Assembly: GCA_964016885.1 (NCBI GenBank)
Contig: OZ024743.1
Location: forward strand, 128,030,001-128,094,000
Source: Eledone cirrhosa
Lineage: Eukaryota
Length of the DNA: 64,000 nt
Reading direction: 5' to 3'
The notes under the pieces are model-generated. The model had not been told where the DNA came from. It did no database searches and worked only from the letters and a program-made list of their open reading frames with translations. The translations under genes were made by a program, and so were the position numbers. Shown here one piece after another: positions 13,746 through 27,342 of the stretch (position 1 is its first letter; every line of letters begins with the position of its first letter).

Positions 13746-14912
13746 TTGTTATTGTTGTTAGTGTTGTTGTTGTTGTTGCTACTGTTCTTACTGTTGTTAG
13801 TGTTGTTGTTGTTGTTGTTACTGTTGTTAGTGTTGTTGTTGTTACTGTTATTAGTGTTGTTGTTGTTGCTACTGTTCTTACTGTTGTTAGTGTTGTTGTT
13901 GTTACTGTTATTAGTGTTGTTGTTGTTGCTACTGTTCTTACTGTTGTTAGTGTTGTTGTTGTTGTTGTTACTGTTGTTAGTGTTGTTGTTGCTGTTGTTG
14001 TTGCTGTTGTTAGTGTTGTTGTTGCTGTTGTTACTGTTGTTGTTACTGTTGTTAGTGTTGTTGTTACTGTTGTTGTTGCTACTGTTGCAACTGTTGCTAC
14101 TGTTGTTACTGTTGTTACTGTTGTTGTTGCTACTGTTGCTACTGTTGCTACTGTTGTTACTGTTGTTACTGTTGTTGTTGTTGTTGCTACTGTTGTTACT
14201 GTTGTTGCTGTTGTTAGTGTTGTTGTTGTTGTTGCTACTGTTGCTACTGTTGTTAGTGTTGTTGTTGTTGTTGTTACTACTGTTGTTACTGTTGTTGCTG
14301 TTGTTAGTGTTGTTGTTGTTGTTGCTACTGTTGCTACTGTTGTTACTGTTGTTAGTGTTGTTGTTGTTGTTGCTACTGTTGCTACTGTTGCTACTGTTGT
14401 TACTGTTGTTGTCTTTGTTGCTGCTATTGGTGTTGCTGCTACTGTTGTTATTGTTGCTGTCCTTGCTGCTGCTGCTGCTGTTGTTGCTGCTACTGTTGAT
14501 GTTGCTGTTGTTACTGTTGATGTTGTTACTGTTGTTGTTATTGTTATTGTCGTTGCTGCTGCTACTGTTGTTACTGTTGCTAGTGTTGATGCTGCTGCTG
14601 CTGCTACTGTTACTGTTGCTACTGTTGATGCTGCTGCTGCTACTGTTGCTGTTGCTACTGTTGATGCTGCTGCTGCTACTGTTGCTGTTGCTACTGTTGA
14701 TGCTGCTGCTGCTACTGTTGCTGTTGCTACTGTTGATGTTGCTACTGTTGATGCTCCTGCTGTTGTTGCTGCTACTGTTACTGTTGTTGCTGCTAGTGTT
14801 GTTGCTGCTACTGTTACTGTTGATGCTGTTGCTGTTGATGCTGTTGCTGTTGAGTTGCTGCTGCTGCTACTGTTGCTGCTGCTAGTGTTGTTGCTGCTAC
14901 TGTTGTTGTTGC

Positions 14913-14970
<58 letters not shown>

Positions 14971-15065
14971 ACTGTTGCTGCTGCTGCTGCTGCTACTGTT
15001 GTTGCTGCTGCTACTGTTGCTGCTGTTACTGTTGTTGCTCCTACTGTTAATGTTGCTATTTCTAT
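13513..15065. repeat. 1.55 kb compound trinucleotide repeat (GTT/ACT/GCT/GAT)
   Basis: Read directly from the sequence. Composition drifts from GTT-rich to GCT-rich, with internal 60 bp and 33 bp higher-order periods. Confidence 0.95.
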
Positions 15066-15619
15066 GATTGTGTTTCCTCTATAGATTTCCCTATCATATT
15101 TTATATTTATTGTTCTAAACTATATCGTTTTCCTGTGTTATTGCACCTCCTCGGGATTCAGTTTCAACTAAATTACATTTTCTTTATTATTTGAATATTT
15201 TTCCTTTTTCTTTCTTTTTTCCCCTTTCTTATTTTTTTCTTCTGTCTTGTCTTCTATTTTCTTTTTCCTCTCTGTTTTTTCTTCTTTATTCTTCCCACCT
15301 CCTTCTCCTCACCGCCGTTCCTTTTGTTCTCTCTATCCACCCATTTCACCCAAACATTAATATCAGTTTTCATTGAGTAGATAGATCAAAGGTATATCAA
15401 TTCGTTGAACATTTGTTTTGACAATTTATCTTTTCATCCGCTCATCCTCTTTGATAAATAACCCCAACCTCACCTCACATCACACAGCACCCACCCCCCA
15501 CCCCACCCACCCCACACACACACACACAATGAACACAGTTCACAATTCCAGCTGTCTTTTTACTTTCAATTAATAATTCTTATTTGGTTAAGTTGATCCC
15601 CGAGTTAAATAAAGGTGTA

Positions 15620-15688
<69 letters not shown>

Positions 15689-15761
15689 GTATCTATGTAT
15701 GTATGTATGTATATATATGTATCTATGTATGTATGTATGTATATATATGTATATATATATG

Positions 15762-15815
<54 letters not shown>

Positions 15816-16017
15816 ATATTTGGGGAGGGTCATATTTGCGTAATATTGCCAGAATTAATAACAGAACACACTCACTGTTTGGTTGGTTTTCGCTTCTCGC
15901 TGTCTTTTATATATATATATCTGCGATCTAACTTACTCGGTCCTCAATGTTGCCATTGACTGACCGGCGGTCAAAAATAATACAGATACAATATAGACAA
16001 ACACATATATATATAGT

Positions 16018-16060
16018 TTACATAAATCTTTCGTTGCACATCTGCAACATCGTCAGTGGT
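16018..16060 (-). ncRNA. Minimal type I hammerhead-like motif in PLE 3' region
   Basis: Minus strand: ca CTGACGA t gttgca gatg tgcaac GAAA gatt TA tg. Core and helix II are good; helix I is only 2 bp. Confidence 0.6.
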
Positions 16061-16327
16061 GTTATATTCATTGTTCCTCCTGTTGTGTTGTATGTCTACG
16101 CCATTTTTTTTTGTTCAGTCTGTCTATATATTTATTTATTTATTTGCTTGTTTGTTTATCTTATTTTATTTTGTCTTCTTTGCGCATGCGTTTGCGTGTG
16201 TGTATAGTGTTATGTGTGATGTGTGACTAGTGTGTATAGTGTTGTCTGCTGGGTGACTAGTGTGTGTTTATGTGCTTGTGTATGTATTTATTTATCTTAT
16301 TTTATTTAATTTAATTTACTTATTTAT

Positions 16328-17890
16328 TTATACTTCTCTTAGGTCAGTGTTGTTTGTTTGGGTGTTGTTGTTGTTCCACTCATTCTTTCTGTTTAGCTTT
16401 GGTCTTCTAATTTCTATTTCACTGGCCTCTCTGATTTGCCTATCTGCTGGGTCATTCCTATGTTTAGATATTATTCTAATTTCTATGTTGTCTATGTTAC
16501 CGTCATGATGTTGTCTAGCATGTTCGTATAGTACTGACCCGTTTTTTCGTCCTTTTAGTTCCCCCCAGTGTTGGTCTATCCTTTCACCTATGCTACGAGC
16601 TGTCTCACCTATGTATGTTGTTGTCGTGTTTCTGCAAGTACCCTCTGTACATCTTATGCTATAGACTACGTTTCTAGTTTTACAGTTTATCCGGGGGTTC
16701 ACCTTACATATGATACATTTCCTATTGGTACAGTGGGTTTTCTTAAAAGGGTAGGTTTTGCTGATCAGGGATTTTATGGTGGTTCCTGGCTTTTCTACCA
16801 CCTTTATTTTTAAGTGGGTCTTTCTCAGGGCCTTTCTACACTGGTTAGCTAATTTCCCTCCAGGGGTGGCGTCCACAAACATGACACTCTGATATCTCTG
16901 GTTGTCGTACCATGATGTGGCCTTCCCTATCTTATGTCTAGCCCTATCTAAGCTATTCCATGATTTGCTCCTGTATAGTGGGCAAATTCCTTTCATGTCC
17001 AGTTCTATGAGGGTCTTATACTTTTCCATGGCTCCTTCGTATACTCTGACTCTGTCTCTTTGGTTGTAGCCAGAGAACTGCATGCGGTTGATGAAGTGTT
17101 GGATGTGTCCTTCCATTTCTGTTGGGTCGCACATGCTGGACACATTCTTCATCACTCGTACCAAATCTGCGATCAAAATATTAAACTTAGCACTACTGGA
17201 CATTGCTGAGTTTTTGAGTATCAGGTATTTGGAGGCCATGGGTTTAGCATAGTGTGAGTGGAGAATTTGGGCTCTCTCGTCTATAGTGTTAATCCAGAGT
17301 TCTGTGTCTAATACAGGTAGTCTATTGTTAGGGTGTTTGGAAGGGAAGTCTATAGTTACAGTTATACTCTGGTGTATGGAATTAGCTATCTGCTGGATGC
17401 TTTCCATCGTGCTACGTTCTAAATCAAACTTGTTAGTGCTCTCTAGTGGGGGTGTTCTTATAACTATATTGATATCGTCTACATAACGAGAGTACATGAT
17501 GAGGTCTATGGAGCTTTCATTAAGGAGATCTTTAAGTCTCCTTTCCCACCATACCATGAAAAGGTTGGCAACATCGCCAGCTATGCTGACGCCGATGGCT
17601 GCTCCCTCATTTTGGGTGTAGATTTTCTCATTGAACTTAAATATGTGGCCCTTTAGGGTAGTTTTGATACTAGCCCCTATTGCATGTGCGACCATTTTTC
17701 TTACCTGATCAGTGTTTTGGGGGGTCCGTATAGCTTTGGTCCACCCAATCCACCTTCCTATGGGAGTCTTTTTAGCCATTGAGGTTATGGTGGGGGGTCT
17801 ACCTCTTATAGGTCTACTAGGGCAGAAACATCTAAGGTCATGGCTGTCTAGGTAGTCAGTGTCGTAGGTAAGTCTAAGTAGGAGGCCCAG
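16328..17890 (-). CDS. Penelope-like reverse transcriptase plus C-terminal GIY-YIG endonuclease (uninterrupted, 5'-truncated)
   Basis: [22 protein letters not shown], Cys linker (CTNRKCIIC...C), NVVYSIRC...[33 protein letters not shown]. The frame stays open upstream of the listed Met to the (TA)n edge ([10 protein letters not shown]...[15 protein letters not shown]). Confidence 0.95.
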   Translation of the reverse strand: MGLLLRLTYDTDYLDSHDLRCFCPSRPIRGRPPTITSMAKKTPIGRWIGWTKAIRTPQNTDQVRKMVAHAIGASIKTTLKGHIFKFNEKIYTQNEGAAIGVSIAGDVANLFMVWWERRLKDLLNESSIDLIMYSRYVDDINIVIRTPPLESTNKFDLERSTMESIQQIANSIHQSITVTIDFPSKHPNNRLPVLDTELWINTIDERAQILHSHYAKPMASKYLILKNSAMSSSAKFNILIADLVRVMKNVSSMCDPTEMEGHIQHFINRMQFSGYNQRDRVRVYEGAMEKYKTLIELDMKGICPLYRSKSWNSLDRARHKIGKATSWYDNQRYQSVMFVDATPGGKLANQCRKALRKTHLKIKVVEKPGTTIKSLISKTYPFKKTHCTNRKCIICKVNPRINCKTRNVVYSIRCTEGTCRNTTTTYIGETARSIGERIDQHWGELKGRKNGSVLYEHARQHHDGNIDNIEIRIISKHRNDPADRQIREASEIEIRRPKLNRKNEWNNNNTQTNNTDLREV

Positions 17891-17900
17891 CTATATATAT

Positions 17901-17987
<87 letters not shown>

Positions 17988-17998
17988 AATATACATAT

Positions 17999-18037
<39 letters not shown>

Positions 18038-18040
18038 AAT

Positions 18041-18118
<78 letters not shown>

Positions 18119-18180
18119 GTATATATGTGTGTGTGTATATATATACATATATGTGTGTAAGTGCGTGCGTGCGTGTGTAT

Positions 18181-18251
<71 letters not shown>

Positions 18252-18341
18252 CCAATGATGGTTGGCAAAATCACTGATGAGGGACTAATTTTATAATATG
18301 TAATCCATGTGCAACCATGCAGTATTCTTCTTCCCCTTGTT

Positions 18342-18386
<45 letters not shown>

Positions 18387-18939
18387 TATTTGATGAACAT
18401 TTACATGTTTTAGTTGCAATTGACTAATAAGATCGCTAGAGTGAAAAATCTTAATTCAACAACATAAAGTCTGCCTGTACGATCTAAAAAAAATAATAAA
18501 TCAATACTCACAGACTCATATGGGCAAAAAGCCCGTAAATGACCCCATTGAGTCTAAACTCTAAGCTATTTATATATATATATATATATATATATTTATT
18601 TATTTTTCTTTTCTTATTTTTCTTAGGTTCTGCCGCACCTTTCAGCGTATCGAGCAGTGAGTTGTCGCCAACGATCACGATCAGCAGCGGCTTTTTCGCG
18701 TCCGTTGCCAAGTGATGTTGGCCGCCACCAGGTCTTTTCGGAACGTTCGTCGCCAGGTGATCCTGGGGCAACCCCGCCTCCGTTTGCTGCCAGGTGGAGT
18801 CCCGTTCATCGCTGTTTTCGAGTGTCGTTCATTGGACAGGCGCAGAATATGGCCATCCGGGCGGCACCGGTGGCACCGATGCTCAGGGACCTTCCTCTGC
18901 AGGGTCTACGACTCGACTCTCCGCAATATTTCCTCGTTC

Positions 18940-19022
<83 letters not shown>

Positions 19023-19303
19023 GAGATAGGGGGAGAGGGAGAGGCGTGGTTTAACAGTTACGGTGTTAGACTCGCAATAGTAAGGTTGAAAGTTCGGTTC
19101 CCAGACCTGGCGGCGCATGTACAAGACACCTGACTTTACGTGCCGCCAAATAATGAGTTCCGACGTTATTGATGCCAGTCTGCACTTGCCTTAGACAACA
19201 TTGGTAGCATGGAGAGGGCAGACTCGCATCTATGGGCGACTACTAGTCGTCTACAAAAAAAAAACTTTGCCTAGACTTGGAACATTCTAGGAACATTCTA
19301 GGC

Positions 19304-19406
<103 letters not shown>

Positions 19407-19490
19407 TAGATATATATAGATATTTATATAGGTACATAATTCGTTTTTGAATTTATTTTATAAATTTCTTATCTGAAAACGTGGGTTGAA

Positions 19491-20309
19491 ACAGATCTTG
19501 TTATACTTAGGGAGGGTCATGTTGCCAATAAAATCACACGCGCCTGTTGGTTTTCACTTGAATTTATTATAAGTTTCCATTGCATCTTTTCTGTGTGTGG
19601 ATATAATTTTTATCTCTATGTTCTCTAATGTGCCCCTATGTTTTGGCATGTTGGTGGAGTACTGATGAGTTTTTCCCATCCTGGAGTTCTCGATAGTGTT
19701 CACTTAGCCTTTCTCCTATGCTACGGGCTGTCTCACTTATGTATGTTATAGTCTTATTCCTACACTGCTCAGTACATCTTATGCTATATACTATGTGCCT
19801 AGTTATCAACACACAGAAAAGATGCAACGCTCAGACAAATCACAGAGGAGACAAATATAAACGAACTCCAACCAAAATTATACAGAACATATGAGTGGAA
19901 TAGCAACATCACAATTAGTAATTAAAGGCAAAATGAACATATACAGACACATACAAAAACCAAACTAACAAAACAAATCAGACACACACAGATAGAACAA
20001 ACAACCAACTAGTGACAAGTAAATAAACACATAAATAAATAAATAAAAACACACAACCGGATGTAACGCATACGCAAACTAAGCATACAACACACACATA
20101 CAAGATGGTGTAGGACAGAACAAAGGAGAGACACAAATAAAAATCTAATCACTGAGGATGTTACAGAATGCGTGACGAAAGAACTTTGACAATATATAAG
20201 CGACCTTCCGATTATCGAACCAACCAACCGCAAACTTATAATAAATTCAAGTGAAAAGCAACAGGTGCTTGTGTTTATATTGGCAGCATGACCCCCCCCC
20301 TCCAAAGTA

Positions 20310-20312
<3 letters not shown>
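19491..20312. mobile_element. Penelope-like 3' fragment with internal inversion (relative of the 15811 element); 75 bp scrap also at 22708-22785
   Basis: The minus part encodes HIVYSIRC...[16 protein letters not shown]. The plus part continues STHRKDATLRQITEE...EWN, then a 3' region with an HHR-like motif at 20149-20190 (tca CTGAGGA tgttac..gtgac GAAA gaac TT tga). The termini are mutually inverted. Confidence 0.88.
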
Positions 20313-20382
<70 letters not shown>

Positions 20383-20454
20383 CAGGAGGCTGGACTGGTG
20401 TAAATCCTTGAAGGGTTTATTATACTGAACTATTATATGAACCAACCAACCTAA

Positions 20455-20512
<58 letters not shown>

Positions 20513-20553
20513 GATATATTAACAAATGGAAACTATATTTATAAAACCATATT

Positions 20554-20618
20554 TATTTCATTATACATATTTCAAGGACACCAAGTTAAATTATGGTGTG
20601 CTTTCATCAGATAAAATA
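20554..20618 (-). ncRNA. Type I hammerhead, family A
   Basis: tattttat CTGATGA aagcacacca..tggtgtcctt GAAA tatgta TA atgaaata; 8 bp helix I. Confidence 0.8.
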
Positions 20619-21435
20619 TAATATAGATCAGTTTTATAAATAAATATTGACATACCCTTAAAGAATGCGACCATTTCTGTTGGAAGCTCCCGGATAGTGG
20701 GGTTATTAAATTTATTTAGTCTATTATGCAAATTATGTTTAAATCACAGTAGATTTAAAATAAGCCGTTGAAGTCTGGAAAAAAAGGGAACGAAAAGAAA
20801 AAGAGAAAAAAAGAGAATATATATATATATTTTAAAGTTTCTCTTAAGCTAACAATGCTTATATTTCAGGTGTCTATAAGATCGTTGGGGTCGGTCATGG
20901 TTGATGGATTGAAAGAAAAGGGGAATTCTTTAAAAGCTAATTCTTTAAAGTTCTACTGAGAGTGACAAAGGCCTAGAGAATTCTATAGACCAGTTCAAAA
21001 TATTGAGTGCCTATCATACCATTATCTTCAAGTTTCTCTTAAGCTATATTCCAGGTGTCAGCAGACACATTCACAAACACACACATACACGCGCACCCAC
21101 ACACACACACACACATATATATATTATATTATATAAATGAAAAGTATAGAAATTGTTGTAGCGAGAAGCTAACAGTATTCCATAACATATATGCGACGAT
21201 AGCGTCAAAATGGGAAAATAGTTAACATAAGATATGGGAAAAATAATTCAGACTCAATTCAAAAAGAATCAGGATATAGATTTATCCAACAGAATTTAGA
21301 GAAATCCAGGGAAAAATCAATAGAGCCTTAACTCATGATAAAACAAAGTCTAAAGTACTCAACCTTCAATTTGGGACAACTTCAAATGCTCTGTATAGTT
21401 TTGAAAAGACTATTTCACGAAAAGTATATTATATT

Positions 21436-21532
<97 letters not shown>

Positions 21533-21679
21533 GGAAAAATTTGAACAGGAACGAAACAGAGAGGCAGTACAACGAATGTTTATTAATTTCACGCTCTAGA
21601 GAGTGGGGTGATATATATATATATGTGTGTATATATATGTGTGTATATATATGTGTGTATATATGTATGTATATGTGTG

Positions 21680-21739
<60 letters not shown>

Positions 21740-21803
21740 CACACATATATATACACATATACATATATACACATATACATACATATATACACATATATAT
21801 ATA

Positions 21804-21880
<77 letters not shown>

Positions 21881-21884
<4 letters not shown>

Positions 21885-22465
21885 TAAAATAACAGATTAA
21901 AGTTTAAGCAAAGAATCGCTGCTTTCACCCTTAACGGGATCTTCTGAAACTAACAAAGTCAATCTGTTAGCGCAGAACTGGATATTTCAAAAAACGTTGC
22001 AACCGGAGGAAGACAGGAAGACGATACTTTGGTTCGTGGAAACTTTCGTGCAAAGAACGGGAAAAAACGAATATAATACGTCATTATTTGGAGCGGTGAA
22101 AAACAATTACACGCAAAGACAAAATCACGTTTATGGTATAAAAGAAGTCGTAAACTAATATTCTATTAGGTGGTTCATAGAGACGTTCTCTGGCAATGAA
22201 CGGAAAAAACGAAGATAATACGTCATATGTGGAGCGTGGAGAACAATTGCACGCAAAGACAAAACCACGTAAATGGTATAACTGAAGTCGTAGACTAAAA
22301 TTCTAACTAGGAAACCGAATGATTCTCGGCTTCAGCGATTCTTTGCTTAAACTTTAATCTGTTATTTTAATAAATATTTGCTCTACGGTTCTTATATATT
22401 TGATATATATTTATCCTTATCGAGTCCTCTTTGGATTTTAGTCTTCAAATTTATTATTATTACTA
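21881..22465. mobile_element. Family B short element in (TA)n with fold-back structure
   Basis: 21881-21920 is the inverse of 22333-22375; internal approx. 135 bp duplication; homologous to 22925-23372, 30581-30757, 35746-35990 and 38101-38156. Confidence 0.8.
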
Positions 22466-22530
22466 TATATATATGTAGAGGTTATATTTAAGGGTATGTC
22501 AATATTTATTTATAAAACTAACCTATATTA

Positions 22531-22596
22531 TATTTTATCTGATGAAAGTGCACCATAGTTTACCTTGGTGGCCCTTGAAATATGTATAATGAAATA
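22531..22596 (+). ncRNA. Type I hammerhead, family A (also 44483-44548, 46247-46311 and 58997-59058 on minus)
   Basis: tattttat CTGATGA aagtgcacca..tggtggccctt GAAA tatgta TA atgaaata. Helix II differs between copies but still pairs. Confidence 0.82.
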
Positions 22597-22636
22597 AATA
22601 TGGTTTTATAAATATAGTTTCCATGTATTAATATAT

Positions 22637-22711
<75 letters not shown>

Positions 22712-22781
22712 GTTATAGTCTTATTCCTACACTGCTCAATACATCTTATGCTATATACTATGTGCCTAGTTATCCACACAC

Positions 22782-22822
<41 letters not shown>

Positions 22823-22841
22823 CATATATATACATATATAT

Positions 22842-22923
<82 letters not shown>

Positions 22924-23305
22924 CTGATGTTGTCTGTGTGTGTGTGTCCTCATTTTTGCAAAGTTTATACAAATCCACATTTCTACGCCGATTGGCTTCA
23001 AACTCGCATTTATATATTCCTTGTGGTCTAAAGATATTAACTGCAGCTTTTAGTTTTCAATTTTCTGTTGTTAAAGCGGTGTTAGGCGCCGGTTATCCAT
23101 CTCCGTCTCGCTCTTATAATATATGTCTGTATGCCTGGCTGTCTGCATTACGATATTCTGACGAACGTTTGTGACGTATTATGTTCGCTATTATCCGTTC
23201 ATTGCCAGGGAACGTCTTCATGAACCAAAGTATCGTTTTCCTGTTTTCCTTCGGTTGCAACGTTTTTCGAAATATTTACTTCTGCGTTCACAGATTGATG
23301 TTTTT

Positions 23306-23356
23306 AGTTTCAGAAGATCCCGTAAAGGGCGAAAGCAACGATTCTTTGCTTAAACT
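23306..23356 (+). ncRNA. Variant hammerhead, family B (CAGAAGA core); also 21901-21951 (-), 30690-30740 (-) and 35799-35849 (+)
   Basis: agttt CAGAAGA t ccc gtaaa ggg c GAAA gca acgattctt tgc TT aaact. Three helices pair around a core with A at position 4. Confidence 0.65.
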
Positions 23357-23373
23357 TTAATCTGTTATTTTAA

Positions 23374-23407
23374 TCTATATATGTATATAAAACTGAGGAA
23401 GGATGTA

Positions 23408-23448
<41 letters not shown>

Positions 23449-23876
23449 AACCCGAGAAGTACCCAACCGATCTTTTTCAAACTGTACATGTGTTTTACTT
23501 ATATTTCAGGGAGTGTTATGCACATTAAAAAAATTCAACTTTTTGATCCCCTAGGGGCGCATTAGGTGAAAAACTGCGTTTTTTACAGCCATTTAGGGCT
23601 TTTTTGAGGCGTTACATCTATCCGATTTTCCTGAAATGTCAAGGCATATTGTGCACATAAAAAAAATTCATTTTCTTGATCCTCTAGGGCCCTCATTAGG
23701 TGAAAACCTGCCTTTTTCCTGCTTCATCGAGGAAAATCTTAGATTATCCAGCTATCAGAGTATTCGGTTTATTTTCTTTACATATTGTCCAGAAATGCAG
23801 TTTTTCCACGATTAGGTCTGTTGGCGGCCCGCGTTCCAAAATAACTTATCCCGTGCAACGCGGGGTACCACTGCTA

Positions 23877-23877
<1 letters not shown>
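23374..23877 (+). mobile_element. Non-autonomous Helitron
   Basis: 5' TCTATATAT..AAAACTGAGG, internal microsatellite, 3' hairpin CCCGTGCAACGCGGGG then CTAG; no TSD. Confidence 0.85.
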
Positions 23878-23973
<96 letters not shown>

Positions 23974-24768
23974 TAAAAATAGACCAAGAAGCAAGAATGT
24001 CCTTCATCAGTAGTCTGCTCATTATCGTTCGTATTTCTTCACATTAAAGACTAGATACCTAAAATCAGTGCGAGCGATAACTAAATTAAGTTATCGGGAT
24101 AGAGGAAAACAGAGGAAAGGAAACAAACAACATGGTAGTAATGCAACATATATATATATATATATATATAATACTTAAATGCAACCACACAGCTCGCCGT
24201 TTTATTCATATAAGCTTCCTTCGTCGGTGTGACCCGTCTTTTTCTCTCCCCTTGCTGCTATCCTCTCTCTCTCCCTTCTCTCTCATTCTCCCTTTTACTT
24301 TTCCTCACCCCCTCTGCTAGTCACCTCTCGGCCAGCCTCCCACTATAACTATCTCTTTCTCGCTTCCTCTTACTTTCACTCACTCCCTTTCTGCTAGTCA
24401 TCCTCTCCCCGCACTAGTTCACTTCCTCCCTCGTCCACCACTGTACGCAGCCTCTTTTCTCGCTAACACTGCTACGGCTATGACGTGTCTTTTCTCTCTT
24501 ATCAAAATTCGCCCGTTCTTATCTTCGAAATGAGTTGTTGACTTGATATTTTTCCTATTTTTCCTCTCTTTGCGTTGCTTCACCCTTCATGTCTGTTTTA
24601 ACCGCCCCCCCCCCCCCTCCCCTCTTTCTTTTATCCCAATAATCTATTGTAGTTATTGTTTCGCCCTAGGCTGAGGTATTTTGTCTCTAACGCGAAGAAA
24701 TACTAATGATCCCTAGCAGACAACTGATGACGGATACTCCGCTCTTTCGCCCGTAACTTTTATTTTTC

Positions 24769-24889
<121 letters not shown>

Positions 24890-25178
24890 ATTTATGTATA
24901 TATAAAACATTATACGAAGCCTAATTCTCGGTTTTTATGCGCTAAGAGTATATGCATAAGTATAAAGGATGATGTGCTCAAGCGCAGAAATGCTATGATA
25001 AAGCTTATAAAATAGGGTGAAGACCCTTAAAAGACAAGAAATGAAGTTACCATCGGCTGCATGTGTGTATATACATAATAGAGATGCACTATTAAACAAA
25101 CTGACCGATTAGTGATTATATATAATGCAATTATGTATTGTTTTATGAAAAACGTGTATTATAATTAATTGTAATATA

Positions 25179-25982
25179 TAATTGTTTCTACCTTTGGCAC
25201 AAGGCCAGCAATTACCCCAGTGCATTACTAGTGCTTTATTTTATCGATCCTGTAAGGATGAAAGGCAAAGTTTATCTCGACGGGATTTGAACTCAGAACG
25301 TAAAGGGCTATAACTCTATGCTGCAAAGCATGGTGTCTGACGCTCTACCGATACTTCCAATCCACCACGAGTTTGCAATATTTAATACTTCGCAATTAAT
25401 CAGATTTATGGAGCTAGTATTTGACACACTTGAAGATAATATTTGGCTATTTTGACATATGAGGTAATATATACGAACAAGCCTTCAAGAAATCAGTTAT
25501 GCTCTGAAAATTGAGAAGTGTTGATGTTTTTACATTGTAATTAAATCTTGCCATTAATTAAAAAATATTTTTTAGTAAAGTAATATGACAGGAATTGGCA
25601 GTATCGGTAGAGGGTCGGACGCCATGCTTTGACGCATAGAGTTACGACCCTTGCCATTTCTGAGTTCAAATCCCTCCGAGGTTAACTTTGCCTTTCATCC
25701 TTACGGGGTCGATAAAATAAAGTACCAGTAATGTACTGGGTAATTGCTGGCCTTGTGCCAATAGTAGAAACAATTATTACTGGAAAATAAGGGCGGTGGA
25801 TTGGCAGTATCGGTAGAGGGTCGGACGCCATGCTTTCCAGCATAGTTACGTCCCTTTACGATCTGAGTTCAAATCCCGCCGAGGTTGACTTTGCCTTTCA
25901 TCCTTACGGGGTCGATAAAATAAAGTACCAGTAATGCACTGGGTAATTGCTGGCCTTGTGCCTAAAGTAGAAACAATTATTA
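25179..25982. mobile_element. Three family 1 SINEs (25179-25368 minus; 25594-25780 and 25791-25982 plus)
   Basis: Consensus A/B boxes. The last copy sits at the tail of the previous one with ACTGGAAAAT duplicated. Confidence 0.92.
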
Positions 25983-26397
25983 CTGGAAAATTTTTCAATA
26001 CGTGTAGTAAATGTATAATCGAAATTGTTACAATTTTAAAATTTATTTATTTTAAAATCAACTAAACAAATTACCTCTTATGTATATAGAAGGTCTCTCT
26101 TCTACTTTGACGCACATTAACATACATGTAGGTTGCGCTTTCATAGCAGTCTCAAGTAATTTCCAGTTGCGTAGATCAGCGAGTTTAATCACTAGGAACA
26201 GGGTCATATTTCACTGGTTGGGTTGTGTTTCTTATTAAATAATATGTTTCTTATGTATTCTACATGGTGAAACCAATGAATTTTCCGAATTTCTTTGTCT
26301 CCCATATTTTTCTTGGTCCAAAATAATAATGGCCAATTAATCGATAAAATGGCCGATATAGTCGATGCCGAATAGCTGATGATTAACCGGAGCAACC

Positions 26398-26441
<44 letters not shown>

Positions 26442-26834
26442 AAGTATATAAATGTGGTTGGTGTTAGAAAGGGCATCTAGCTGTAAAATACTTGCCAGCG
26501 ACACGTCCATACAAGCGAGATACAGTCTCCCAACCATTCCCGCATCAAATGGAACAAAACCGTCTAACCCATGCTAGCGTGGAAGATGGACGTTAAACTA
26601 TGATGATGATGATGACAAGTAAGTATGTTTTTGAAAGAGCGAGTGAGTTTGAAATTAGAAATAGAAGATTTAGCCGTACTTTTTACTAAAATGGAAAAAG
26701 ATGAGTATTGACGTAGACGGGAGTCGACTGCCATGTACGTCAATACTCATCTTTTTCCATTTCTTAGAGGGTTCTAAACCCCACTATCAGTATAAATTTC
26801 TTTAGTCAAAAATACGGCGAAAGCTTCTAATATG

Positions 26835-27275
<441 letters not shown>

Positions 27276-27311
27276 TTGTATAAAGCTATGCTTGAAGCGA
27301 AATCCTATTTC

Positions 27312-27342
<31 letters not shown>

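Larger units (their letters stand above)
15811..17890 (-). mobile_element. 5'-truncated Penelope-like element inserted in (TA)n
   Basis: RT plus GIY-YIG ORF and an approx. 500 bp 3' region with an HHR-like motif; (TA)n on both sides. Confidence 0.93.

Noticed and set aside
13619-15067. 482 aa and 415 aa ORFs (poly-Val, poly-Leu)
   Set aside because: By-products of a stop-free trinucleotide repeat, with non-ATG starts and no domain content.
16328-17779. Telomerase or host gene interpretation of the RT ORF
   Set aside because: The C-terminal GIY-YIG domain, lack of introns, truncation at (TA)n and 3' HHR-like motif identify a Penelope-like element.
18270-18310. CTGATGA ggga..tcc as a hammerhead
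   Set aside because: No GAAA strand follows; at most a truncated relic.
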